DNA from: a virus | IMG/VR virus record: IMGVR_UViG_3300030331_006276 | DNA: 64,000 nucleotides | Reading direction: 5' to 3' (one strand) | Shown: positions 46,551 through 55,275 of the stretch, one piece after another | How positions within the stretch are numbered: the stretch's first letter is position 1 | Layout of the letters: each line of letters opens with the position of its first letter | Program-made: the position numbers and the translations under genes | The notes under the pieces: model-generated | What the model saw: only the letters and a program-made list of their open reading frames with translations | Told to the model about the DNA's origin: nothing | Databases searched by the model: none

Positions 46551-47867
46551 ATGGCTATTTGTAATAAAAGTGTTGAAACATTAAGAGCTTTAGAACTTAC
46601 TAAAGATCAATTTACATCTATAATAGAAACAGATTGTAAAGATCAAGATAGAGGTCCAATTCTCGGCTATACGTTTTCAGAAAAAGATAAAGAGCTTTGC
46701 GAATCATTTAAAAAGGTATATCAGCTAGGCTTTAATCAGTTACGTATTTTTGTTGACGATCTTATAAAAGGTAATCCTGAAATAGATGAACAAGCAGCAT
46801 TATATTATATAAGATTACTATATAATGGACCATTTACAAATCAAGTAGCAGTATACGCACAAAATCCATATAGAGGATTAGGAAGAGAACAAAATTGCTT
46901 TTTTCCTTCGCCTGATATTATGGCTTGTTTAGCTAATACCGTACAGCAAAATGCTGGGGTATCTGCATATTATGGTTCATCTAGTGACATATCAACAAAT
47001 TTAACTAAAAAGACACCAGCGTTTATAAGAAGAAATCTTAATACTTGTCAAAGAACATGTTCAGATGTGTTTAATTATAATTCAGAAAGCGCTATATATA
47101 GTGATAACACTTTACCGTATATTGATAAACGTACAGTAGAGCGAGTTAATAGTGAATATCTAGGTGAATATGCATCATCTACAATTGCTGTTGGTAATCT
47201 AATGCTTAAAGATATAAAGTTTAGTAACGTGCTCCGTGGTATTGCCGACTCAATAATACAGTTAGTAGAAAGTTATCTTGGTCCTGATGCATTTAGATTG
47301 TTTAATTATAAAAGAGATATAAACTTTTTTGATCCAGAACAAAATATTTCAAAAACAGAAAATGGTAAAGTCTGTAAGTCATTTCTAATATTAAAGAAAG
47401 CATTTGATGAGCAAGGAAATGAATATATTGATGAAGAGTGTGTTGAAGTATGCTGTAGTTGTTGTTGTGGTCCTTCCGTGCCTGATTTTGGTTTAACTAT
47501 ATCTACTGCATCAGGGTCTTTCGATTTATATACTGTAGCTGGTCAAGGAGGTAGTGGAAATAATCCAAAAGAAAATAAAAATATTGGTGGTACACAATTG
47601 ACGCCACCAGAAACAGCAATTGATCGACTTGGTACTTTCCCTGGAGTTTTAAATGTAACTACTTTTACAAATCCACAGAGCGCCTCTAATAAAACATTAG
47701 AAATAACTAATGGTGCTTTATCAGGGTCACATTCTCATCCAACAAGTACTGGTGGTACTGTATGGATGCCTTTCCCTACAATGGAAGAGTTTGAAGATTA
47801 TCTAGCGCAACTTAAAGAAAGAGATATATGCGCTGATGAAGAAGGATGTAATTCTCTTAATTTTTAA
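46551..47867 (+). CDS. Hypothetical structural protein
   Basis: 438 aa, with CVEVCCSCCCGP. Confidence 0.6.
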   Translation: MAICNKSVETLRALELTKDQFTSIIETDCKDQDRGPILGYTFSEKDKELCESFKKVYQLGFNQLRIFVDDLIKGNPEIDEQAALYYIRLLYNGPFTNQVAVYAQNPYRGLGREQNCFFPSPDIMACLANTVQQNAGVSAYYGSSSDISTNLTKKTPAFIRRNLNTCQRTCSDVFNYNSESAIYSDNTLPYIDKRTVERVNSEYLGEYASSTIAVGNLMLKDIKFSNVLRGIADSIIQLVESYLGPDAFRLFNYKRDINFFDPEQNISKTENGKVCKSFLILKKAFDEQGNEYIDEECVEVCCSCCCGPSVPDFGLTISTASGSFDLYTVAGQGGSGNNPKENKNIGGTQLTPPETAIDRLGTFPGVLNVTTFTNPQSASNKTLEITNGALSGSHSHPTSTGGTVWMPFPTMEEFEDYLAQLKERDICADEEGCNSLNF

Positions 47868-48310
47868 ACATCAATAACATCATCATCTTTTTCAACTAAA
47901 GCTTTCATTATATCGTCACGTGATAATAACATTTTAGTTTGATTATCAGCCATAGTTATTCTTTCTTTAGATTCAACATCCATACGCTTTACTTCTTTTT
48001 GAGTATCGTTTCTTTCATTTGAACTATGGAGCTTTTGTAAAGTATCTATTGAACCGGCAGTTGCTTTAATAACTTCAGCTAAAGCAGCTACATCTCTATT
48101 TTCCGGAGCTGATGAAATATAATCATTGACGTTATCGACAATCTCGAGAGATTTAGTAACTAATTTTCCTGAAGATTTTAAGATAAATTCTTCTAAGTTA
48201 TCTCTATCAATAGAGATTTCTTCATTTTGAAATGATTGTACAGTTTTCTTATTGCCCTTTATTTGAGCAATAATATCGTTAACTGCTTCATCTAGCTCGT
48301 CTTCAGCCAT
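47864..48310 (-). CDS. Possible terminase small subunit (gp16-like)
   Basis: Helical ISSAPENRDVAALAEVIKA..DTLQKL pattern and a late promoter. Confidence 0.45.
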   Translation of the reverse strand: MAEDELDEAVNDIIAQIKGNKKTVQSFQNEEISIDRDNLEEFILKSSGKLVTKSLEIVDNVNDYISSAPENRDVAALAEVIKATAGSIDTLQKLHSSNERNDTQKEVKRMDVESKERITMADNQTKMLLSRDDIMKALVEKDDDVIDV

Positions 48311-48367
48311 TACACATATATTTAATCTACTCTTGAATTTTCTACAACATATATTATCATTAGGTAT

Positions 48368-48790
48368 ATGATATTGAAATTTAAGAAGCTTACTGATAAT
48401 GCAGTTTTACCTTCTAAAAACCATAAGGATGATACTGGATTAGATGTAACGTGTGTAGAAGATAAAGTTATTCCTGCTAAGGGATCTGCTGTAATTGATG
48501 TAGGTTTAAAGTTTGCTTATATTGAACCTGGTTTTTGGGTAAGAATAGAAGGTAGATCAGGTTTAGGATTTAAGCATGGCATTTTACCTCACCCTGGTAT
48601 TATTGATAGTGGATATAGAGGTAGTGCTGGAATTAAGCTTTATAACTTAACTAATACTGATTATGAAATTAAAGCTGGTGATAGAATTGCACAGTTTGTA
48701 GTTTATAATAATCATGAAGTTAAAGTTATTGAAGGTGAAATTGAAAATTCTCTTCGTGGTGAAAAAGGCTTTGGTTCATCTGGTAAATAA
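48368..48790 (+). CDS. dut: dUTPase (trimeric)
   Basis: DTGLD, GRSGLG, GIIDSGYRG, DRIAQ and RGEKGFGSSG motifs. Confidence 0.95.
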   Translation: MILKFKKLTDNAVLPSKNHKDDTGLDVTCVEDKVIPAKGSAVIDVGLKFAYIEPGFWVRIEGRSGLGFKHGILPHPGIIDSGYRGSAGIKLYNLTNTDYEIKAGDRIAQFVVYNNHEVKVIEGEIENSLRGEKGFGSSGK

Positions 48791-48792
48791 TT

Positions 48793-49713
48793 ATGATTGA
48801 TTTTGATAAAATTTGGGTTGAAAAGTATCGACCGAAGACGCTAAATGATGTTATCTTAGATGAAGAGACATTAAGAGTAGTTAAAGAGTATAAGAATGAA
48901 ATTCCTAATCTTCTTTTTGTTGGTAATCCTGGTACTGGCAAAACCACCCTTGCTAGAGTTATTGTTAACGATATACTCGGATGTAATTATCTTTATATTA
49001 ATGCTTCTGATGAGTCTGGTATCGATACTATTCGACATAATATCACTAATTTTGCTCAAACTAAATCTTTTGACGGTGGCATTAAAGTAGTAATTTTAGA
49101 TGAAGGTGATGGATTAACTGCTCAAGCGCAAGCTGCGTTGCGTAATACTATGGAAACATTTGCTAAGTATTGCAGATTTATTATTACTGCTAACTATAAG
49201 CATAAAATTATTCCTGCCTTGCAGTCTAGATGTCAGTCACTAACTATTAAGCCGGTTGTTGAACTAGCAGTTAAAAGATGTTATCTTATTCTTAAAAATG
49301 AAAACGTTAATGTACCTGAAGAACAAAAGAAAAAATTTGTACAACTCGTCAAGCGTCACTTCCCCGATCTTCGGAAAACGATCAACGAACTCCAGAAAAA
49401 CGTTATTGATTCAGAGCTGTGTATTACTAGCATTGTTAGTGATAGCGAGTTGCTCGAAACAATCTACAGAAAAATAAGTTCTAAAAAATGCCTTGAGGCG
49501 AGGAGATACTTGATAGAAAATGAAGATAGGTTTCAAGGTGATTATGATACTTTACTAAGTAACTACTTAAACTTTATCTACTCTGCAAATATTGACGATA
49601 TTAAAAAGAAAGAGATGATTGCTATTATCGCAGATCATCTCTATAAAAGTGCGTTTGTTGTAGATAAAGAAATTAACGCCTTTGCGTGTCTAGTAAATCT
49701 AGAAAAAGTTTAA
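48793..49713 (+). CDS. Clamp loader AAA+ subunit (gp44)
   Basis: WVEKYRPKTL, GNPGTGKTT, VILDEGD, RFIITANY and SRC motifs. Confidence 0.93.
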   Translation: MIDFDKIWVEKYRPKTLNDVILDEETLRVVKEYKNEIPNLLFVGNPGTGKTTLARVIVNDILGCNYLYINASDESGIDTIRHNITNFAQTKSFDGGIKVVILDEGDGLTAQAQAALRNTMETFAKYCRFIITANYKHKIIPALQSRCQSLTIKPVVELAVKRCYLILKNENVNVPEEQKKKFVQLVKRHFPDLRKTINELQKNVIDSELCITSIVSDSELLETIYRKISSKKCLEARRYLIENEDRFQGDYDTLLSNYLNFIYSANIDDIKKKEMIAIIADHLYKSAFVVDKEINAFACLVNLEKV

Positions 49714-50306
49714 GCTTTTTTAAGATCAGACAAATACTGATTTGTGTATGATGTTACAGCAGGAGATGGCGTTGCTGGGTCACTTGGAATATCAGTATTT
49801 TGCTTAGGTAAAGACCTTTCGGTTGGAGAAAGATCGTGGGGCTCGAGTCCGCCTCTATCAGTCCTATTTGCGCGCATCTCTTCGTCTTCTACATACTCTT
49901 CAGGCTTGATAGTTACAGTACTCTTTCTCTTAAGAGCGTCTGGTATAGGCAAAAGATTAGGCGCGTATTGTATAGCATGGCCCATCGTACCAGGTACAGT
50001 TACGTAGTGTGAATATCTTCCACCGCCCTCATCGAGAGCAAGATTTAAATTTACATGTAGGGAAGATTGTTGCGAGCTGGCCGGGAAGCGCGTCGGAGCA
50101 GTATCTTTTATTCCTGTAACTCTAATATGCAGACCTGAGTCTATCATTTTAGTAATAAGATCTTTTGTAGCTTTACCTAATGCTTTATAACATTCCATTG
50201 ATTGGTAATCATCATTAAACTTAAAAACGTCACCTACGAGAAAGCCTCCACGCTCATACCTTCTCATATACGATTCATGTAAACTTACAAACTTTTTTTC
50301 GGCCAT
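49710..50306 (-). CDS. Hypothetical late protein
   Basis: Start MAEKKFVSLHESY lies 5 nt after TAAATA. Confidence 0.7.
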   Translation of the reverse strand: MAEKKFVSLHESYMRRYERGGFLVGDVFKFNDDYQSMECYKALGKATKDLITKMIDSGLHIRVTGIKDTAPTRFPASSQQSSLHVNLNLALDEGGGRYSHYVTVPGTMGHAIQYAPNLLPIPDALKRKSTVTIKPEEYVEDEEMRANRTDRGGLEPHDLSPTERSLPKQNTDIPSDPATPSPAVTSYTNQYLSDLKKA

Positions 50307-50344
50307 AATATTATTTATGCCAGCTTGCAAAGAATCATACAGTT

Positions 50345-50629
50345 TTAGCTATCTTTAAGAAAGAAACGTAAAGTATGATAAGCTTGGAAGATTTCAATAT
50401 CTTCTTCATCTACTGGTCCTAAACTTTCTTTAAGTTGAAACGAATGAGAAGTATTAACATCTTTTTCTATAATCCAACGACTGTTTCCGTCATCGTGTAG
50501 TTCAGCCGTAACCTTGCCTTCATTAGGATGAGGAAGCTTTAGCTTTTTATGAACTTCTACTTCAAGAGTATTAAGAATATCTTTAAAAGAAACATCAACC
50601 TTTACATCAGCTTTACCAATTAACTCCAT
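50345..50629 (-). CDS. Hypothetical protein with early-type promoter
   Basis: AGGAACT-ATAA-TATAAT at 50635-50651, 5 nt before the ATG. Confidence 0.7.
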   Translation of the reverse strand: MELIGKADVKVDVSFKDILNTLEVEVHKKLKLPHPNEGKVTAELHDDGNSRWIIEKDVNTSHSFQLKESLGPVDEEDIEIFQAYHTLRFFLKDS

Positions 50630-50634
50630 ACGTA

Positions 50635-50651
50635 ATTATATTATAGTTCCT
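50635..50651 (-). promoter_or_regulatory. Isolated AGGAACT-N4-TATAAT promoter in the structural region
   Basis: Exact motif match. Confidence 0.8.
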
Positions 50652-50682
50652 TAATCCTGATATGCTACATTAAATATTGTAA

Positions 50683-51171
50683 ATGGCTCTTATTAAGATA
50701 ACAGATGTTTCAGTAGATAAAGGCAGCGAAGCAGCCTTAAAGGAGGGATATCTATTTAAAGATCTTTTTTTAGATCTAACACCTGAAGTATACTACAACA
50801 AACAACTTAATAAAAATGTTATTTTAAAAGATGTACAGGGTTCATATGATTTAGATGCTATTAAAAATAGTATTATAAACATCTTTTTAACTTCACCGGG
50901 CCAGAAAATTTTAAATCCAGAATTTGGATTAGATTTAAGAAGATACTTATTTGAACCGGTTAATACCTCAACAGCATATAAGATTAAATATGATATTGAA
51001 GTATTATTACCTGGGCAAGAGCCACGAATTCAATTAGAAAATGTTACCGTGGATGCTATTACTGATGCACAAGAATATTATATTGCTATGCAAATAAATA
51101 TTCCATCACTAAATGCGTTCGGGATAACTCTTAAATCATTATTAAATAGTAACGGATATTACGTCTTATAA
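50683..51171 (+). CDS. Baseplate wedge gp25
   Basis: AIKNSIINIFLTSPGQKILNPEFG.DL..YLFEP and EPRIQL motifs. Confidence 0.9.
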   Translation: MALIKITDVSVDKGSEAALKEGYLFKDLFLDLTPEVYYNKQLNKNVILKDVQGSYDLDAIKNSIINIFLTSPGQKILNPEFGLDLRRYLFEPVNTSTAYKIKYDIEVLLPGQEPRIQLENVTVDAITDAQEYYIAMQINIPSLNAFGITLKSLLNSNGYYVL

Positions 51172-51173
51172 CC

Positions 51174-53018
51174 ATGCCAACTAATACAAACGAAACCTCA
51201 AACAAGTTTTTAGATTTTAATCTACCGCAAGACGCATATGTAGCGTTTGATGCTGTAAGTTTAAAAGATTACATTATCAATCGATTAGATGAAAATGAAA
51301 AATTTACAGATCAAAACTTTGAAGGTAGTAATTTAGCAGCAGTAATTGATATAATTGCTTATTCATATCATGTTCTTTTATTCTATTTAAATAATTCAGC
51401 AGCTGAAGTAAATTTTGATCAAGCAACTTTATATGAAAATATGAATAAGATTGTAAAGTTGATAGGCTATAAACCTGCTGGAAAGCAAACTTCAATTGTT
51501 CCTATAAATGCTGTAGCGACTGCTTCATTACCTATTGGTAATTATACTATCCGTAAATATTCATACTTTCTAGCTGATGGCGTACAGTATAATTTTATTA
51601 ATGATATATCTTTTAATAAAGCTACTAATAATCAAGAAACATTACAAACAGTAAATGATGAAACAATTTTATATCAAGGTACAATTAAAGAATACCCTGA
51701 TTATACAGCGCAAGGTGAAAGCTTTGAAACTCTTCCTATTGTAGTTGATAACATAGTAGATAGTAATGATGATAAATTTATTGCTGATGGTACTATAAGT
51801 GTATATGTAAAAGAGTTAAGCAACAATACATACTATGAATATGAAATTGTTGAAAGCTTATATCTTTCAAAATCTGTTGAAAGAGTATGTGAGTTAAGAT
51901 TAAATGAACATGGCCATTATGAAGTAAAATTTGGTAATGGTGTGTTTGGTAAAAAATTAGATAGTGGGGATATTGTGTCTATTGATTACATACTTTCGGA
52001 TAATACTGCAGGTGTAATTAGTAAAAATGTTATAAATGGTAATAAGCTTTTTGTTTACGATTCGACAAGACAGCGAGAGCTATTTCAAGATTTATATCCT
52101 AATAAAGATGAAACAACCTTTTTAAATATCTCTAATAGTCCAAAAATTACCTTTAATAATCCTTTAAATTCTTCTGCTCTCTCAACAGAAGAAACTGTTG
52201 AGCAAATTAGACAAAATGCTCCAAAAATGTTTTCTTCTCAATTAAGACTAGTAACAGAAAAAGATTTTCAGTCATTCTTAGAGAGAAACTTAGCTAATGT
52301 AATTACCAGCGCAAGAGTTTCAAGCAATGATAGCTACGTTAATGAATATATACAATATTTTTATGATATATGTGTTGATCCTAATAAAGTAAATAGAGTT
52401 ATTATTAATCAAGTTAATTTTGCTGACTCATGTGATTTTAATAACATTAATGTTTTTGTTGTACCTCGATTTAAAGTAACACAAGATAAATTTTATCCAC
52501 CATTTTTGAGTAACTCATTTAAAAATTATATAGTTACTCAAACTCAAGATAGAAAAATGCTATCTAATACTGTCGTACCTCGAGATCCTATATACATGGC
52601 ATTTGGTTTAGGTATAGGAGATTCAGCAAATCTAACTCTAGATATTTTAGATCAAACAAAATTATACGCTGTTAGAGAGACGAATAATAAAATTAATAAA
52701 ACAACTTTAAAAGCAAGAATCGGTAGTTTAATTGAAAAGTTTTTTGATCCTGAAGATAATATTTTAGGTGGTAATTTACAATTAACAAATCTTGCTAATG
52801 ATATTCTTTCTTTAGAAGGAATAAAAAGAATAGAGACCAGAAATGAATTTACTGGTGAAATATTTACTGGAGGTATATCATTTTTATCATTTAACCCACA
52901 ATATCCGGAAAGTGACATAGAGTTAGTGAATCAAGATAAAACGTTGCCGTTTTTTAAATTTCCATATCTATATTCACCATTATCTGTGACTGACCGTATT
53001 GTTATAACAGATGAGTAA
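51174..53018 (+). CDS. Baseplate wedge gp6
   Basis: FTDQNFEGSNLAAVIDIIAY, YEVKFGNGVFGK and SQLRLVT..DF motifs. Confidence 0.9.
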   Translation: MPTNTNETSNKFLDFNLPQDAYVAFDAVSLKDYIINRLDENEKFTDQNFEGSNLAAVIDIIAYSYHVLLFYLNNSAAEVNFDQATLYENMNKIVKLIGYKPAGKQTSIVPINAVATASLPIGNYTIRKYSYFLADGVQYNFINDISFNKATNNQETLQTVNDETILYQGTIKEYPDYTAQGESFETLPIVVDNIVDSNDDKFIADGTISVYVKELSNNTYYEYEIVESLYLSKSVERVCELRLNEHGHYEVKFGNGVFGKKLDSGDIVSIDYILSDNTAGVISKNVINGNKLFVYDSTRQRELFQDLYPNKDETTFLNISNSPKITFNNPLNSSALSTEETVEQIRQNAPKMFSSQLRLVTEKDFQSFLERNLANVITSARVSSNDSYVNEYIQYFYDICVDPNKVNRVIINQVNFADSCDFNNINVFVVPRFKVTQDKFYPPFLSNSFKNYIVTQTQDRKMLSNTVVPRDPIYMAFGLGIGDSANLTLDILDQTKLYAVRETNNKINKTTLKARIGSLIEKFFDPEDNILGGNLQLTNLANDILSLEGIKRIETRNEFTGEIFTGGISFLSFNPQYPESDIELVNQDKTLPFFKFPYLYSPLSVTDRIVITDE

Positions 53019-55260
53019 TATACAAGTTAACTTTGCAACGTTTGATGTAGAAGATTACAAGCGCGAAGCTAAATTATCTTCTTATAATTTACCCTTTACC
53101 CCGCTTACTTTTAAAGCACGCATTCCAAGCTCTCTAGGAGGTGAAGCTGTAACCACGCAGTATAATAATCTTAAAGCCACTTTTGATTTCGGTGATGGAA
53201 GTTTTGGAAATTCTTTAACAAGCGCACATGTATATCAGTATCCAGGTGTTTATAACGTGCGAATGATTTTACGGGACTGTAGTAATAATGCTATACTCGC
53301 ATCATTTAGTACTAATGTAACTATACATGATTATCTTACTAATACATTTACTATTACAGCTGGACCAACTAAAACTAATATATTAGAACTATCAGCAAGT
53401 GAATTTTCGAAACCTATTACTGTTTATTCACAATCACCATTTTATCAAGATTTTCAAGACATTTACTTTTCTGTATCTGGTTGTGACGTGCCAAATTATT
53501 TTAACTTAAAACCTAACAAATATAATAATCTTAGAGCATTTCATTCTTTTTATAAGAAAAATTATGTAGATACTTTATCAGGGCATGAATATGAAGAATT
53601 AAAAAAACTATCTCTATCTTCTGCTAATATATATGTTCGCTTAAGTGGTAATAATCATACATCTGGTAAAGGACCAACTGCATTTTCTATAGTTAATACT
53701 TTAAGTACGCATATCTCAAGCTTTAATGTTGGTAGCTCTGGTCAAGATATATTTTATTTTAAAACTGATAAGCAAAAACAGCCTTATAGACCTATAAACA
53801 TATCTTTATTTAAAGATAGAAATAATATATTTTCAGATACGACTTCAGGATTTAAAAATAACAACTATTCCAATAATTTTACTATTACGTTATCTTCTTT
53901 AGTGGGTACAGTTTCATCACAAACTATTAGTAGTATAGCAATAACTTCTAATGGCATTCCTGGAGAGGGTGATAGTGTTGAAACGTTTCAAATTTCCCCT
54001 GTGCAGTTTAAAGGATTAGGAATTCCATTTATTTTATCTCCTAAAAATACAGGATACTATACAATGAAGTCGTTATCGAGTAATACGACACCAACGTTTG
54101 AATTATTATCTGGGACTGCACCAGAAATTATACCAGGTGTTAGTGGTGTTGTAGTTGCAACGTCACATTATGATATACAAAGCTTAAGCGGTGCTCCTTT
54201 ATCTGCTTTTGATACGAGATTCTGGTATAGAGGTTTGTTAACTTTTAATGATAAAACTCTTGCAACTCTTTCTGGTCGACCTTCATTTTTAACTTTAAGT
54301 GCAAAATGCGTTTATGAAGATACAGCTACATCAATAAAAAATACTGTTACAGGTGCTACATCATTTACCTGTTACCCTAAAGATTTTTATGAAGCATATC
54401 TTCAAAATGAAGATTTTGATTTCGAAGAGACAATTAAAGATTTAAGATTTCAAGAAGTATTACTAGACAAAAATATTCTTTTTACAGATTTTCTAGGTAC
54501 GATTTTTGGTAATGTAAGTAGTAATTACACTGTTTTAGGTAAAAAGCTTTGGTCAAAAATACAAAACTTTACTTCTAATAATGCTGATTTAGATTTTTGC
54601 GATATTAATTCTCTTATTAATTTAACAAACTTAGCAGATGATGATGGTTTAGTATTTGATAGAGCTTTAGCGCAACAACCAGAGCTTGTTGATAGATTAA
54701 TGAGTATGTTGAGTGTAAACTATAATAAATTTAGAGGTACTCAAAATAAATTTAACGAAAACTATAACCCTAGAGGCGAGACGACAAAAGTAACGTTTGG
54801 TAAAAATTTAAGCTCAATAATTGATACATCTACATATCAAATAACAGCTGGTACGGATATTGTAGCTTACGAAAAATTTAGTGAAACTTATACAAGACTA
54901 AATACATTTCAACCGCTCTGCGCATTAAGCGGTAGTCAATATTCTAAAGCCGGTGCATCAACTACATATATGCTTAGTGATTTTACTACATTACATGATA
55001 GAACAAGCAGCGGGCCTAATTGGGGATGGCCTCTTGTTTTGCCTTCTTCTTTTGATACTATAGCTGAAGTAGATAAATTTTATTTGTTTTATAATCTATC
55101 TGGTGGTTTTGATAATACTATTGAAGGGGGATTAGTTGATTATAAAAACGGTTTAACAACATTAGAATATAATACACCGTTGAGTACGTTGGAAGGAGAC
55201 AACAATATATTTGATGTTATGATTCGAAATTCTTTATTTAGTAGTCTATCTCTGTTTTAG
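53011..55260 (+). CDS. PKD-domain baseplate or structural protein (gp7-like position)
   Basis: FDFGDGS...HVYQYPGVYNV PKD motif. Follows gp6. Confidence 0.65.
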   Translation: MSNIQVNFATFDVEDYKREAKLSSYNLPFTPLTFKARIPSSLGGEAVTTQYNNLKATFDFGDGSFGNSLTSAHVYQYPGVYNVRMILRDCSNNAILASFSTNVTIHDYLTNTFTITAGPTKTNILELSASEFSKPITVYSQSPFYQDFQDIYFSVSGCDVPNYFNLKPNKYNNLRAFHSFYKKNYVDTLSGHEYEELKKLSLSSANIYVRLSGNNHTSGKGPTAFSIVNTLSTHISSFNVGSSGQDIFYFKTDKQKQPYRPINISLFKDRNNIFSDTTSGFKNNNYSNNFTITLSSLVGTVSSQTISSIAITSNGIPGEGDSVETFQISPVQFKGLGIPFILSPKNTGYYTMKSLSSNTTPTFELLSGTAPEIIPGVSGVVVATSHYDIQSLSGAPLSAFDTRFWYRGLLTFNDKTLATLSGRPSFLTLSAKCVYEDTATSIKNTVTGATSFTCYPKDFYEAYLQNEDFDFEETIKDLRFQEVLLDKNILFTDFLGTIFGNVSSNYTVLGKKLWSKIQNFTSNNADLDFCDINSLINLTNLADDDGLVFDRALAQQPELVDRLMSMLSVNYNKFRGTQNKFNENYNPRGETTKVTFGKNLSSIIDTSTYQITAGTDIVAYEKFSETYTRLNTFQPLCALSGSQYSKAGASTTYMLSDFTTLHDRTSSGPNWGWPLVLPSSFDTIAEVDKFYLFYNLSGGFDNTIEGGLVDYKNGLTTLEYNTPLSTLEGDNNIFDVMIRNSLFSSLSLF

Positions 55261-55275
55261 AGATAAATATGTTTA

